DNA of 64,000 nucleotides from positions 10,729 through 74,728 of the forward strand of contig JAAYVL010000122.1 in assembly GCA_012517205.1 (NCBI GenBank). The letters run 5' to 3'. The DNA comes from Verrucomicrobiota bacterium. Lineage in GTDB: Bacteria; Verrucomicrobiota; Verrucomicrobiia; Limisphaerales; UBA8199. The notes beneath the pieces were generated by a model. It searched no databases. It had not been told where the DNA came from and saw only the letters and a list, made by a program, of their open reading frames with translations. A program made the position numbers and the translations under genes. Below, piece by piece: positions 16,906-26,946 of this stretch (positions are counted from its first letter, which is position 1; every line of letters starts with the position of its first letter).

Positions 16906-17604
16906 ATGAAATCTTTAACGGAATGCCGGCTTTATGCGTTTGTGGACACGGCCTTTCTTCAAGGGCGAGCGCCCGGGGAGGTGGCGCGAGCGCTTTGCGA
17001 CGGCGGCGCGGACTTGATTCAGTTGCGCGCAAAGGAAGCGCCGGAGGCGGAGGTTTGGCGCCTGGCGGAAGCCATTTTGCCGGTGACGCAGCGGGCGGGA
17101 ATAGGGCTGGTGATCAACGATTACCCCGCCATCGCGCGGGAATTGGGCGCGGAGTTCTGCCATTTGGGACAGGAGGATTTCTTTGGCGCGGGCTACACGC
17201 AGGTTTCCCAACTCCCGCTGGCAGCGGAGCCGGAGAAGCCACCGGCGGGCGAGGGCGGGGGATGCCGGCCCCGGGTAAGGGTTGGGCTTAGCTCGGCGTC
17301 GCCGGACCAGGCCCGCCGGGCGATTGCCGCCGGGGCGGATTATTTGGGGGTGGGGCCGGTGTTTCCCACCGGCACCAAGCCCACCGCCCGCGCGGTGACG
17401 CTCGAATATGTGCGCTGGGCGGCGGCGAATATCCCGGCGCCGTGGTTTGCGATTGGCGGAATCAATTTGGAGAATGTGGACGAGGTGCTCGCGGCGGGAG
17501 CGCGGCGCATCTGCGTGGTGTCCGCCATCCTGGCGGCGCCTGACCCGGCGGCGGCGTGCCGGAAGTTCCAGCAGCGGCTTGGCCGGGCGGCCCGCCAGGG
17601 TTGA
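16906..17604 (+). CDS. thiE: Thiamine-phosphate synthase
   Basis: LYAFVD, GGADLIQLRAKE, INDYPAIA, CHLGQED, GADYLGVGPVFPTGTK, WFAIGGI. It carries a roughly 20-aa low-complexity insertion (about nt 17194-17277) relative to the ThiE proteins I remember. Confidence 0.8.
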   Translation: MKSLTECRLYAFVDTAFLQGRAPGEVARALCDGGADLIQLRAKEAPEAEVWRLAEAILPVTQRAGIGLVINDYPAIARELGAEFCHLGQEDFFGAGYTQVSQLPLAAEPEKPPAGEGGGCRPRVRVGLSSASPDQARRAIAAGADYLGVGPVFPTGTKPTARAVTLEYVRWAAANIPAPWFAIGGINLENVDEVLAAGARRICVVSAILAAPDPAAACRKFQQRLGRAARQG

Positions 17605-17617
17605 GACACTTGGGCCG

Positions 17618-18475
17618 TCAGACGTAAAGGGCCGCCTGGATTTCGCGGGCCATCATCCCCATGAACGGATAGCGGCGCTCCGGGTCGCCTTCCAGGCAGC
17701 GAAGGATCACCTTTTCCATAGCGATGGGGATGCTGGGGTTGTGCTGGCGCGGCGCCACGAATCCGGAGCGGTCGAGCTGCCGGGCCAGAATCTCGCCCGG
17801 GGTCTCGCCGGGAAAGGGCTTCTGGTTGGTGAGCAATTCGTAGGCGGCGACGCCATAGGAAAAAATGTCAACGCGGGGTGAGATGGGTTCGCCGCGCAAT
17901 TGTTCGGGCGCCATATAGGCGGGCGTGCCGGGATTTTTTCCGGAGGGCTTTCGGGGTTTTTCCGGGATGGGTTGGGCGAGGTCGAAATCCACCAGGCGGA
18001 CACTGGCGTTTCGGGTGACCAGCACGTTCTCGGGTTTGAAGTCCAGGTGCATGAAACCGTTGTCGTGCATGTGTTCGAGGCCCGCGGCCATATCAATGAG
18101 GATTTGGGCGACGTTCTCCACCAGCACCGGGTCCTGGTCGGCGTGGAGTTGCTTGAGATTCGAGGCTTCCACGTAATCCATGAGCAAATAGGGCTGGCCT
18201 TTGATTTTGCCGTGTTCGACGTAGCCGACGATGCCGGCGTGGTCGCCGATTTTGGAGAGGATTTCCGCCCCGCGCAGGAAGCGCCGCCGCGCGGAGAAGT
18301 CAAAGCGGAGGCGCGCGTGCATGCGGCGAAGGGCGTAGGGTTTTTGCCGTTCGTCGGTCGCGAGCCAGATGTCGGCCATGCCGCCGCTGTTGATGAGTTC
18401 TTGCAGGTAGAACCGGCCGAACGGCCCGGGCGCGGGCGTTGCGTGGGCTTCCGACCTGTTTGCTTTGTTAAACAC
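17618..18475 (-). CDS. Serine/threonine protein kinase (kinase domain only)
   Basis: Hanks-type motifs: YALRRM (VAIK-like Lys region), HLDFKPENVLV, DFDLAQ, GTPAYMAPE. No extra sensor or membrane domain. Confidence 0.8.
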   Translation of the reverse strand: MFNKANRSEAHATPAPGPFGRFYLQELINSGGMADIWLATDERQKPYALRRMHARLRFDFSARRRFLRGAEILSKIGDHAGIVGYVEHGKIKGQPYLLMDYVEASNLKQLHADQDPVLVENVAQILIDMAAGLEHMHDNGFMHLDFKPENVLVTRNASVRLVDFDLAQPIPEKPRKPSGKNPGTPAYMAPEQLRGEPISPRVDIFSYGVAAYELLTNQKPFPGETPGEILARQLDRSGFVAPRQHNPSIPIAMEKVILRCLEGDPERRYPFMGMMAREIQAALYV

Positions 18476-18563
18476 TGATTCTACTTATCACGGCGGCCGT
18501 TATTTTTCCACCGCGAAAACGGCGGCTTGGCGGGAACCGGCGTCTCGTCTATGGTGGTCCCGC

Positions 18564-19316
18564 ATGCAAGGGCTCCGTGGGTTCACTGATGCCGTGCGCG
18601 GCTGGCTCGCCGCGGGGCTGGCGCTGGTTTATCCGGAGGTCTGCCAGGTTTGCGGCGGGGCGCGGGCGGGGCCGGGGGATGGCTATGTCTGCGGAGGCTG
18701 CCAGGCCCGGGTGCGGTTCATTGAGCCGCCGTTCTGCGACCGCTGCGGCCGGCCATTTGAAGGAGACCTCACCACGCGGTTTGAATGCGCCTCTTGCCGG
18801 GAGATGGAGTGGCACTTTCATTCGGCGCGTTCGGCGGTGGCGACCCGCGCCCCGGTGCTGGAGATCATACGGCGCTACAAGTATAACCGGGCGCTGTGGT
18901 TCGAGCCATTCCTGGCCGGGTTGCTCATCCGCGCGGCGGGGCCGGTTTTGAGCGGGCAGGCGCCGGATTTGATTATTCCGGTGCCCTTGCATTTCACGAA
19001 AAAGCGTGAGCGGGAGTTTAACCAGGCCGAGAGCCTGGCGGAGCGGCTGGGCGCCGCGGCGCAGATTCCCGTCAACAAACGGCTGCTCCGGCGCGTGCTC
19101 CCCACCCGCTCGCAAACGCGGCTGAGTCGCCAGGAGCGGCTGGTCAACATGCGCGGCGCGTTTGCCGTGCAGGCGGGCGCGAAACTGAACGGCGAGCGGG
19201 TTGTCCTGGTGGACGATGTGTTCACCACGGGCGCCACGACCAACGCTTGCGCCCGGGCGCTCATCACCGCCGGGGCGGGTGAAGTTTCGGTCTGGACAGT
19301 GGCCCGGGGAATTTGA
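18564..19316 (+). CDS. ComF family protein (phosphoribosyltransferase domain with N-terminal zinc-finger cysteines)
   Basis: N-terminal CQVCG...CGGC...CDRCG...CASC pairs and the C-terminal PRTase motif VVLVDDVFTTGATT. The start was set at MQGLRGF. Confidence 0.7.
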   Translation: MQGLRGFTDAVRGWLAAGLALVYPEVCQVCGGARAGPGDGYVCGGCQARVRFIEPPFCDRCGRPFEGDLTTRFECASCREMEWHFHSARSAVATRAPVLEIIRRYKYNRALWFEPFLAGLLIRAAGPVLSGQAPDLIIPVPLHFTKKREREFNQAESLAERLGAAAQIPVNKRLLRRVLPTRSQTRLSRQERLVNMRGAFAVQAGAKLNGERVVLVDDVFTTGATTNACARALITAGAGEVSVWTVARGI

Positions 19317-19428
19317 ATAATGGGCACTGTCGGGTTTAATTGCTTGGAATGATGATAGCAGGCAAACTGGAAGGACGCGAAGGCGGCTCGCCCGTGGAGC
19401 CGAGGCCCTGGCGTTTCGCCGTGTAGCG

Positions 19429-20388
19429 ATGGCAACGACTTCCTTTACCAAGAAGACGCTGGGCGCCGAGGCGCCGGAGCCGGCCGTCACGCCGCCCTCG
19501 CCCTCCAATGGCACCGCGTTTGTCAAGAAACCCAAGCTCCCCAGCCGCAAATCCCGCAAGCGGGACATCCCCGAAGGGTTGTGGACCAAATGTCCGAAAT
19601 GCGGCACGATGGTTTTTGACAAGGAGCTGGATGAAAACCTGAAGGTCTGCCTGCATTGCCAGCATCACTTCCCGATTGGGGCCCGCGAGCGCATTCATTC
19701 GCTGGTGGAAACCTGCACCTTTGAAGAGATGGATGCGGCGATGACGAGCGTGGACGTGCTGAGCTTTACCGGGGTGACGTCGTACACGTCCAAGCTGGCC
19801 AGCTACCAAAAGGCCACGGGGCTTAAGGATGCGGTGCTGACCGGCATCTGCAAAATGGGGCGGCACCGGGTGGCCCTGGGGGTAATGGACTTCAGTTTCC
19901 TGGGCGGCTCGATGGGGTCGGTCGTGGGCGAAAAGCTCACGCGCCTGATTGAACGGGCGACCGAAAAGACGCTGCCGCTGATCATCATCTCGACCAGCGG
20001 GGGCGCGCGCATGTATGAGGGCATGTTCAGCCTGATGCAGATGGCCAAGACCTGCGCCGCGCTGGCGTACCATGCGAAGGCGCGGTTGCCGTATATCAGC
20101 GTGCTGACGCATCCGACGACGGCCGGGGTGATGGCCAGTTACGCCAGCGTGGGCGACCTCATCATCGCCGAGCCTGCGGCCATGATTGGGTTCGCCGGGC
20201 CGCGCGTAATCAAGGATACCACGCAAGCGGAATTGCCCCCGGGCTTCCAAACCGCGGAGTTTCTGCTTGATCACGGGCTTATTGACGCCATCGTGCCGCG
20301 CACGGAGATGAAGCCCCGGCTTATTGAGTACCTGGACTATTTGACGGAAGGGCAGGGGAACGACGCCAGTTCGAAATCCGCGGCCTGA
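19429..20388 (+). CDS. accD: Acetyl-CoA carboxylase carboxyltransferase subunit beta
   Basis: Zinc ribbon CPKCGTMVF...CLHCQHH, then the carboxyltransferase region (MDFSFLGGSMGSVVGEK, GGARMYEG, ISVLTHPTTAGV). Confidence 0.85.
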   Translation: MATTSFTKKTLGAEAPEPAVTPPSPSNGTAFVKKPKLPSRKSRKRDIPEGLWTKCPKCGTMVFDKELDENLKVCLHCQHHFPIGARERIHSLVETCTFEEMDAAMTSVDVLSFTGVTSYTSKLASYQKATGLKDAVLTGICKMGRHRVALGVMDFSFLGGSMGSVVGEKLTRLIERATEKTLPLIIISTSGGARMYEGMFSLMQMAKTCAALAYHAKARLPYISVLTHPTTAGVMASYASVGDLIIAEPAAMIGFAGPRVIKDTTQAELPPGFQTAEFLLDHGLIDAIVPRTEMKPRLIEYLDYLTEGQGNDASSKSAA

Positions 20389-20488
20389 ACCTGGGCGAGG
20401 TCGCACTGCGGGGTTGCAGGCGGGCGGGTGCGTTTGAGCGCAAGTTTGCGCGTGCAATTTGCGGCTGGCAGGTTATCTTCACTGCCGC

Positions 20489-21406
20489 ATGAAAGGCATA
20501 ATTCTGGCGGGCGGCGCCGGTTCGAGGCTCTTTCCGCTTACCTTGGTAGCGAGCAAGCAGCTTCAGCCAGTGTATGACAAACCCATGGTCTATTATCCCC
20601 TGACGACGCTGATAGAAAGCGGGATTCGGGAGTTCTGCCTTATTTCCACGCCGCAGGACTTGCCGCGTTTCCGGCAGTTGCTGGGCGACGGCAGCGCGTG
20701 GGGGTTGTCTATCGAGTATCGCGAGCAGCCCAGGCCGCAGGGGATAGCCCAGGCGTTTCTTATTGCCGATACGTTCATTGGTTCCGACGCGGTGACGCTG
20801 ATTTTAGGGGATAATGTATTCTACGGAGGCGATGGTTTTTCCCGGGCTTTTGCCGAATTCAAGGGCGGGGCGACTATTTTTGGTTATCACGTCAACGACC
20901 CGGAGCGATATGGCGTGGTGGAATTCGACGGGAACGGGCAGGCAATTTCCATCCAGGAAAAACCCCGGCAACCCCGGAGCAACTACGCCGTGCCCGGGCT
21001 TTACGTTTACGACAATAACGTGGTGGCAATTACCCGCGGCCTTAAACCATCCGCGCGCGGGGAATTGGAAATAACGGATGTGAACGTGGAATATCTGCGG
21101 CGCGGGCAACTGCGGGTGTACCGGCTCGGCCGGGGTTTCGCCTGGCTGGACGCCGGCACCAGCAGCAGCCTGCATGAGGCATCCGCTTACGTGCAGACGA
21201 TCGAGAAGCGGGCGGGCATCAAGATTGGCTGTCCGGAGGAAGCGGCGTTTCACCGCGGGTTCCTGTCGTTGGCGCGGTTGGAGGCGTTGACGGCCAAGAT
21301 GCCCAACTGCGAGTATCGCGATTATCTGGCCGAAGTGGTGGCGGAAGCGAAGCGGTTAGGGGCGGTGGAGGCACAAGGGCCGGCAGCCGGAGTTGAGACG
21401 AGATGA
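20489..21406 (+). CDS. rfbA: Glucose-1-phosphate thymidylyltransferase
   Basis: MKGIILAGGAGSRLFPLT, YDKPMVYYPL, GIAQAF, LGDNVFYG, YGVVEFD, PRSNYAVPGLY. Confidence 0.9.
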   Translation: MKGIILAGGAGSRLFPLTLVASKQLQPVYDKPMVYYPLTTLIESGIREFCLISTPQDLPRFRQLLGDGSAWGLSIEYREQPRPQGIAQAFLIADTFIGSDAVTLILGDNVFYGGDGFSRAFAEFKGGATIFGYHVNDPERYGVVEFDGNGQAISIQEKPRQPRSNYAVPGLYVYDNNVVAITRGLKPSARGELEITDVNVEYLRRGQLRVYRLGRGFAWLDAGTSSSLHEASAYVQTIEKRAGIKIGCPEEAAFHRGFLSLARLEALTAKMPNCEYRDYLAEVVAEAKRLGAVEAQGPAAGVETR

Positions 21407-21951
21407 ATGTTTTAAAGGGTGAAATTGCCGGGTTGCTGATTATCGAACCCAAAGTGCATGGCGACGCGCGCGGGTTCTTCCTGGAAACTTGGAATCGGGG
21501 CCGCTATCGCGAGGCGGGCCTGGATGTGGATTTTGTGCAGGATAACGTCTCGTTTTCACGGCGGGGCACGCTCCGGGGGCTGCATTTTCAGAACCCCAAT
21601 CCGCAAGGCAAATTGCTCCAGGTGCTGCAAGGGGAGGTCTTTGATGTGGCCGTAGATTTGCGGCGCAGTTCTTCCACCTTTGGAAAGTGGCAAGGGCTGC
21701 TTCTCTCTGGCGAAAACAAGCGGCAGTTCTATGTTCCTCCCGGCTTCGCTCATGGTTTTCTCGTGCTTAGCGAGACTGCTCTGTTTCATTATAAATGCAC
21801 CGGGTTCTATTTGCCGAAGGATGAAATCTCCGTTTGGTGGAATGACCCGGACATCGGGATTAAGTGGCCCCTGCAAGAGCCGTTAGTGTCGGAACGGGAC
21901 GCCAAGGGACTGCGGTTTCGGGACCTGCCGCCTGACCGGTTATTCGCATAA
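21403..21951 (+). CDS. rfbC: dTDP-4-dehydrorhamnose 3,5-epimerase
   Basis: ATGA overlap with rfbA. Motifs DARGFFLE, TLRGLHFQ, QGKLLQVLQGEVFDVAVDLR, PPGFAHGF. Confidence 0.9.
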   Translation: MNVLKGEIAGLLIIEPKVHGDARGFFLETWNRGRYREAGLDVDFVQDNVSFSRRGTLRGLHFQNPNPQGKLLQVLQGEVFDVAVDLRRSSSTFGKWQGLLLSGENKRQFYVPPGFAHGFLVLSETALFHYKCTGFYLPKDEISVWWNDPDIGIKWPLQEPLVSERDAKGLRFRDLPPDRLFA

Positions 21952-21997
21952 TGAGGAGGCATTTGACGTCTGCCGGCACCCCTGAAAACACCCCCGG

Positions 21998-22888
21998 ATG
22001 GCCATGAACCCGCCACATATAATGCTTATCGGCAAGGTTGGCCAGGTGGGCTGGGAACTGCGCCGGGCCTTGGCGCCGATGGCCCGAATTACCTGCGTGG
22101 ATTTTCCTGACATTGACCTGACCAGCGGAGACTCGATTCGACAATGGGTGCGTGGCAGCCGGCCCGACATCGTTATTAACGCGGCGGCCTACACTGCGGT
22201 GGACAAGGCCGAATCCGAGCCGGATAAGGCGATGGCCATCAATGGCGTGGCCCCGGGAATCCTGGCCGAGGAAGCGAAGAGGCTCAACGCCCTGATCGTT
22301 CACTATTCGACGGACTATGTCTTTGATGGCAGCAGCACACAGCCCTACGTCGAGACCGATGCCCCGGCGCCGCTGGGAGCTTATGGGCGCTCGAAACTGG
22401 CCGGGGACCAGGCGGTGCAGGCGATCGGAGGCGCTTATTTGATTTTTCGGCTGTGCTGGGTCTATGGCGCGCGCGGACAGAATTTCATGCTCACCATGAT
22501 GCGCCTTGCCCGCGAGCGCGAGAAGCTGCGCGTTGTGAGCGACCAGGTGGGCTGCCCCACGTGGTCGCGAGTGATTGCGGAGGCGACGGCACTGGCGTTG
22601 AAGGCGGCAACTGCGGCGCCGGATCGGCAGGCGTTTTCGGGCATTTACCACCTGGCGGCCGGGGGCATGACCAGTTGGCATGGTTTTGCGCAAGCCATCA
22701 TCAATCTCATGCCTGAGGCGGAAAAGAAGTGCGCGGAGATCGAGGCCATATCAACGGCTGAGTATCCCACGCCTGCCAGGCGCCCGGCTTATTCGGTGCT
22801 GGCATGCGATAAGCTCGAACGCACGTTCGGTTTGCGGCTGCCGCACTGGGAGGAAAGTTTGAGGCAAGTGTTGGAAGTGGGTCATTAG
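21998..22888 (+). CDS. rfbD: dTDP-4-dehydrorhamnose reductase
   Basis: GKVGQVGWEL Rossmann start, INAAAYTAVDKAE, HYSTDYVFDG, YGRSKLAGD. Lies within the rfb cluster. Confidence 0.85.
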   Translation: MAMNPPHIMLIGKVGQVGWELRRALAPMARITCVDFPDIDLTSGDSIRQWVRGSRPDIVINAAAYTAVDKAESEPDKAMAINGVAPGILAEEAKRLNALIVHYSTDYVFDGSSTQPYVETDAPAPLGAYGRSKLAGDQAVQAIGGAYLIFRLCWVYGARGQNFMLTMMRLAREREKLRVVSDQVGCPTWSRVIAEATALALKAATAAPDRQAFSGIYHLAAGGMTSWHGFAQAIINLMPEAEKKCAEIEAISTAEYPTPARRPAYSVLACDKLERTFGLRLPHWEESLRQVLEVGH

Positions 22889-22909
22889 CAGCCGGGGAGC
22901 AAAGACATT

Positions 22910-23920
22910 ATGAACTTACTGATTACAGGTGGCGCCGGTTTCATTGGCTCGAATCTTATCCATCAGGTTATAGACCGGCCCGAGGTTGCCCGGCTAATCA
23001 ATCTCGATTGCCTTACCTATGCCGGGCGGCTTGAGAATCTCGTGGCCGTAGCCGGACACCCAAAGTATGTCTTCGAGAAGGTGGACTTGCGTGATAAAGC
23101 CGCCGTGCTGGAGGTCGTGCGGCGGCATGCTATCACTCACGTGATGCACCTGGCGGCGGAGTCGCATGTGGATCGTTCGATTACTGGCCCGGGGGATTTT
23201 GTGCATACGAATGTGGTTGGCACTTTTAACTTGCTGGAGGCCTGCCGCGCGGCCTGGGCGGGAGCGCAGGGGAGCCGCCGTTTTCACCATATCTCCACCG
23301 ACGAAGTGTATGGCAGCCTGGGGCCGACGGGTTTCTTCACCGAGGCCACGCCCTATGCTCCCAACTCGCCTTATTCGGCCAGTAAAGCCGCCAGTGACAT
23401 GCTGGTGCGAGCCTATCACCATACCTATGGCTTGGAGACCGTAATTACGAACTGCTCGAACAATTACGGCCCGTATCAGTTCCCGGAGAAGCTCATCCCG
23501 GTGGTCATCCAAAGCGTGTTGGCCCGCAAACCGGTCCCCGTTTATGGCGATGGCATGAATGTACGCGACTGGCTTTACGTTTGCGACCACGCCGAGGCGC
23601 TGTGGACGGTGCTGACGCGGGGAAGCAGCGGCGAAACCTACAACATCGGCGGCCACAATGAATGGGCCAATCTTAACATCGTACAACTGATTTGTGATCT
23701 GATTGATGAGCTGGCGCCGCAGCTCGGCGGCGGCTCGCGCAAGTTAATTACGTTCGTCAAGGATCGCCCCGGTCACGACCGTCGCTATGCGATTGATGCG
23801 ACCAAGATCGAAAAGGAACTGGGCTGGGTGCCCGCGCATAGGTTTGAGGATGGCATCCGCGCGACGGTGCGGTGGTATCTCGATCATCAGGAGTGGGTGC
23901 AGGCGGTCCTGAAGCATTAG
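22910..23920 (+). CDS. rfbB: dTDP-glucose 4,6-dehydratase
   Basis: [67 protein letters not shown]. Confidence 0.9.
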   Translation: MNLLITGGAGFIGSNLIHQVIDRPEVARLINLDCLTYAGRLENLVAVAGHPKYVFEKVDLRDKAAVLEVVRRHAITHVMHLAAESHVDRSITGPGDFVHTNVVGTFNLLEACRAAWAGAQGSRRFHHISTDEVYGSLGPTGFFTEATPYAPNSPYSASKAASDMLVRAYHHTYGLETVITNCSNNYGPYQFPEKLIPVVIQSVLARKPVPVYGDGMNVRDWLYVCDHAEALWTVLTRGSSGETYNIGGHNEWANLNIVQLICDLIDELAPQLGGGSRKLITFVKDRPGHDRRYAIDATKIEKELGWVPAHRFEDGIRATVRWYLDHQEWVQAVLKH

Positions 23921-23961
23921 GACGGGCAGGATGCCCCGGCGGTTCTGCCGGCTCAACGGTT

Positions 23962-24957
23962 ATGCAACAGAAAGTCCTTCTCCTTGGCGGCACCGGGAAT
24001 ATTTCCACCGCCTGTGCGGCGCAACTTCGCCAGCAGGGACACGAAATTTATATTCTCAGCCGGGGCCAAACAACAGTGCCCCCGGGCTACCAGCCCCTCC
24101 GGGCAGACCGCAAGGACCCGGCGGCTATGCGCCACGTTCTCAAAAGCGTGCGGCCCGACGTGGTGATTAATTTCATCGGGTATGATCTCCCCGAAGTGCA
24201 GATTGATTGCGAATTGTTCTCGGGCTCGGTAAGCCAATACGTTTTCATCAGTTCCGCAGTCGTATACGCCAAACCGCCCGCCCGGTTGCCCTTGACCGAG
24301 GACGCTCCCCTGGGCAATCCGTGGTGGGACTACGCGCAGAAGAAACTCGCGTGCGAACAATGGCTGCTTCAGCGGCGGCAGGAAACGGGCTACCCGGTGA
24401 CGATTGTTCGCCCTTCCCATACCTATTCCAAACTTTGGGTTCCCAACGCGGTCTCCAGTGGCAGCTATACGTTGGCTGCGCGGTTGGAACGCGGGAAAGC
24501 GGTTTTCGTGCATGATGACGGTGAAAGCCCCTGGACGCTGACCGCCGCCAGTGATTTTGCGATTGGACTCGCTGGCCTGGTGGGTAAACCGGCGGCCATT
24601 GGGGAGGCTTTCCACATTACCAGTGATGAAGTGCTCTCCTGGAACCAGATCTATGCCGAGATTGCCGCGGCTGTGGGGGCGGAGGCGCCGCGCGTGGTAA
24701 AGGTGCCGACGGACTTCATCTGCCAGGTGGCGCCGCAAATGACCGGTCCGCTCAAGGGCGACAAGGCCCATCCTGGGATATTCGACAACACCAAGATAAA
24801 GCGCCTGGTCCCGGAATTCCGTTGCCGCAAATCTTTCCATACGGGGGTTCGTGAGTCAGTACAATGGTTGCGCGCGCATCCCGAGCAGCAGAACCTCCGG
24901 CCGGAATTGGATGCTTTGATTGAAAACGTGATTACGGCGTGGGAACGGCAGGGATAG
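23962..24957 (+). CDS. NAD-dependent epimerase/dehydratase family protein
   Basis: The start at MQQKVLLLGGTGNIS gives a GxxGxxG Rossmann N-terminus. The gene follows the rfb genes. Substrate unknown. Confidence 0.65.
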   Translation: MQQKVLLLGGTGNISTACAAQLRQQGHEIYILSRGQTTVPPGYQPLRADRKDPAAMRHVLKSVRPDVVINFIGYDLPEVQIDCELFSGSVSQYVFISSAVVYAKPPARLPLTEDAPLGNPWWDYAQKKLACEQWLLQRRQETGYPVTIVRPSHTYSKLWVPNAVSSGSYTLAARLERGKAVFVHDDGESPWTLTAASDFAIGLAGLVGKPAAIGEAFHITSDEVLSWNQIYAEIAAAVGAEAPRVVKVPTDFICQVAPQMTGPLKGDKAHPGIFDNTKIKRLVPEFRCRKSFHTGVRESVQWLRAHPEQQNLRPELDALIENVITAWERQG

Positions 24958-25115
24958 CACTGCCGGGGTTCCCTCGTTCCTTCTTCCGGTGTCGCCCAAT
25001 TAAAGGCATTCGGGAGCAGAAGTCAGAGCAAAGAAAGGTTGGTAAATGACAAAGCGGATGCAGCTAATTTTGCTCCCCCGGCACTACGCTTTAACTTACT
25101 ATTGGCCCATGTGCT

Positions 25116-25343
25116 ATGCTGCCTCGGTTCGAACAGAGGGAAGACCGGCGTGAGTTTTTCCGCGCTGCCGCACGCTACGGCCTGCTGGCCGTGGTGAGTT
25201 CTATTGCCGCCCTGGCCGGCCGTTCGCGAAGGACGGAGAGGCAGCGGTGTTGGAACTCGGGCATTTGCCGGGGGTGTAGCCATTTTACCGCGTGCGGGCT
25301 GCCCGCGGCGCTTTCCGCCAAACGAGCCCAGTCAAGAGGCTGA
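25116..25343 (+). CDS. Small Tat-signal Cys/Trp-containing protein (75 aa), first gene of the redox operon
   Basis: Twin-arginine motif DRREFFRAAARYGLLAVVSSIAALAG, then CWNSGICRGCSHFTAC (C-x5-C-x2-C-x5-C). Its stop lies 1 nt before the next gene's start. No family recognised, so coding status rests on the signal motif and the coupling. Confidence 0.45.
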   Translation: MLPRFEQREDRREFFRAAARYGLLAVVSSIAALAGRSRRTERQRCWNSGICRGCSHFTACGLPAALSAKRAQSRG

Positions 25344-25344
25344 C

Positions 25345-26376
25345 GTGAACCCTGCGGAATCAATCCTCACCCGGCGGCGTTTCCTGGTAGGAACCGCGCG
25401 GGCTGCGGGTCTTCTCGCTGCGGGAGGCAGTACGGTTTCATGGCTGCGCGCCGCCAGTCCCGGGCGGGACGCGAATCCCTTCGCCCTTGATGTAGAACGA
25501 TTGCAGCACACGGATCCCAAGCTTATTCATTACGAACAAGTCGCCCGGTTCCAAGGCTGCGCTCCGGATCCGCGCCGCATTGCCGTTGGCCCGGATGATC
25601 GGGTGTACATCGCTGCGGCGAATGCCGTGACCATACTGGATTGCAACGGCAGACTCATCAGTGAAATTGCCTGTGCCGCACCCGTACGCTGCGTAGCGGT
25701 TGCCGCCGAGGGGACCGTGTATGTCGGGGTCAAGGATCACGTGGAAACATTCGATCGCACCGGCCAACGCCTCGCGACCTGGCCTTCCTCTGGCCGACGG
25801 ACCTGGCTAACCGGCCTGGCGGCGGGGGAGAAGGATGTCTTCGCGGCGGATTCAGGCAATCGTTGCGTGCTGCGCTATGATAAGGCCGGCAAACTCCTCG
25901 GCCGCATCGCTGAGCGGAACAAAGACCGCCACCTTCCCGGGTTGGTCGTGCCCAGTCCTTATTTGGACGTCAAGCTGGCGCCTGACGGCTTGCTGCGCGT
26001 CAACAACACCGGTCGTCATCGCGTGGAGGCCTATACGGTGGACGGCGACCTGGAATTCTTCTGGGGCCGCCCTTCCGCGGGCATTGAAGGATTTTGTGGC
26101 TGTTGCAATCCCGTTGGCCTTGCGCTGCTGCCCGACGGCCGCCATGTGACCTGCGAGAAAGGCTTGCCCCGGGTAAAAGTTTATTCGCCCAAAGGCGTCT
26201 TTGAGTCGGTCGTTGCCGGGACGGAAACCTTTTACGAAAATGCCAAGACGGGCGCGCTTAAAACCCGGTCGGACGGCCTGGTAGGCGGATTGGATGCCGC
26301 GGTAGATTCACAGCAGCGCATCTACATTCTTGACCTGGTTGCCAACGACGTCCGCATCATGCAGCGCAAAGCATGA
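25345..26376 (+). CDS. Tat-signal NHL-repeat six-bladed beta-propeller protein
   Basis: The GTG start gives VNPAESILTRRRFLVGTARAAGLLAAGG. Six NHL-like blades follow (DDRVYIAA, EGTVYVGV, DVFAADSGNRCVLRY, DGLLRVNNTGRHRVEAY, DGRHVTCEKGLPRVKVY, QRIYILDLVANDVRIM). An unusual FCGCCNP motif lies at nt 26092-26112. Confidence 0.65.
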   Translation: MNPAESILTRRRFLVGTARAAGLLAAGGSTVSWLRAASPGRDANPFALDVERLQHTDPKLIHYEQVARFQGCAPDPRRIAVGPDDRVYIAAANAVTILDCNGRLISEIACAAPVRCVAVAAEGTVYVGVKDHVETFDRTGQRLATWPSSGRRTWLTGLAAGEKDVFAADSGNRCVLRYDKAGKLLGRIAERNKDRHLPGLVVPSPYLDVKLAPDGLLRVNNTGRHRVEAYTVDGDLEFFWGRPSAGIEGFCGCCNPVGLALLPDGRHVTCEKGLPRVKVYSPKGVFESVVAGTETFYENAKTGALKTRSDGLVGGLDAAVDSQQRIYILDLVANDVRIMQRKA

Positions 26377-26945
26377 ACCCCGGCATCTCAAAACCGTCAT
26401 CGGTCACGCGGCGCCAGTTTCTGCGCGACGGGGCTCGCGCGGCCGGACTCGCGGGGTTGGGGGGCTTGCTGGGGCTGGTTGCCGAACGAAGCACCGCCAA
26501 GGGCACGGTTTGGCAAATCGACCCGCAGAAATGCGTGCGTTGCGGCAACTGCGCCCTTTATTGCGTGCTGGAGCAATCCGCGGTGAAGTGCGTCCACGCC
26601 TACGCCCTTTGCGGCTACTGCCAGCTCTGCACCGGTTATTTTGAACCCGACCCCAACGACTTGAATACCGGCGCGGAGAATTGCCTCTGCCCCACGTCCG
26701 CCATCAAGCGCACCTACATCGAGGACCCTTATTACGAATACACCATAGACGAACAACTTTGCATCGGGTGCGCCAAGTGCGTGGAAGGCTGCCATCGCTT
26801 CGGCAACGGCTCGCTCTTTTTGCAAGTGCGCCATGATCGCTGCCTGAACTGCAACGAATGCGCCATTGCCAAGGTTTGCGCCGGCGATGCCTTCCGCCGC
26901 GTGCCCGCCGATCAGCCCTATCTGCTGAAAACGGATACCTTTTGA
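26373..26945 (+). CDS. Tat-signal periplasmic ferredoxin with four 4Fe-4S-type motifs (NapG/NosG/MauM-like)
   Basis: ATGA overlap with the upstream gene. Tat motif VTRRQFLRDGARAAGLAGLG. Cys motifs CVRCGNCALYC, CGYCQLC..CLCP, CIGCAKCVEGC and CLNCNECAIAKVC. Confidence 0.75.
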   Translation: MNPGISKPSSVTRRQFLRDGARAAGLAGLGGLLGLVAERSTAKGTVWQIDPQKCVRCGNCALYCVLEQSAVKCVHAYALCGYCQLCTGYFEPDPNDLNTGAENCLCPTSAIKRTYIEDPYYEYTIDEQLCIGCAKCVEGCHRFGNGSLFLQVRHDRCLNCNECAIAKVCAGDAFRRVPADQPYLLKTDTF

Positions 26946-26946
26946 A

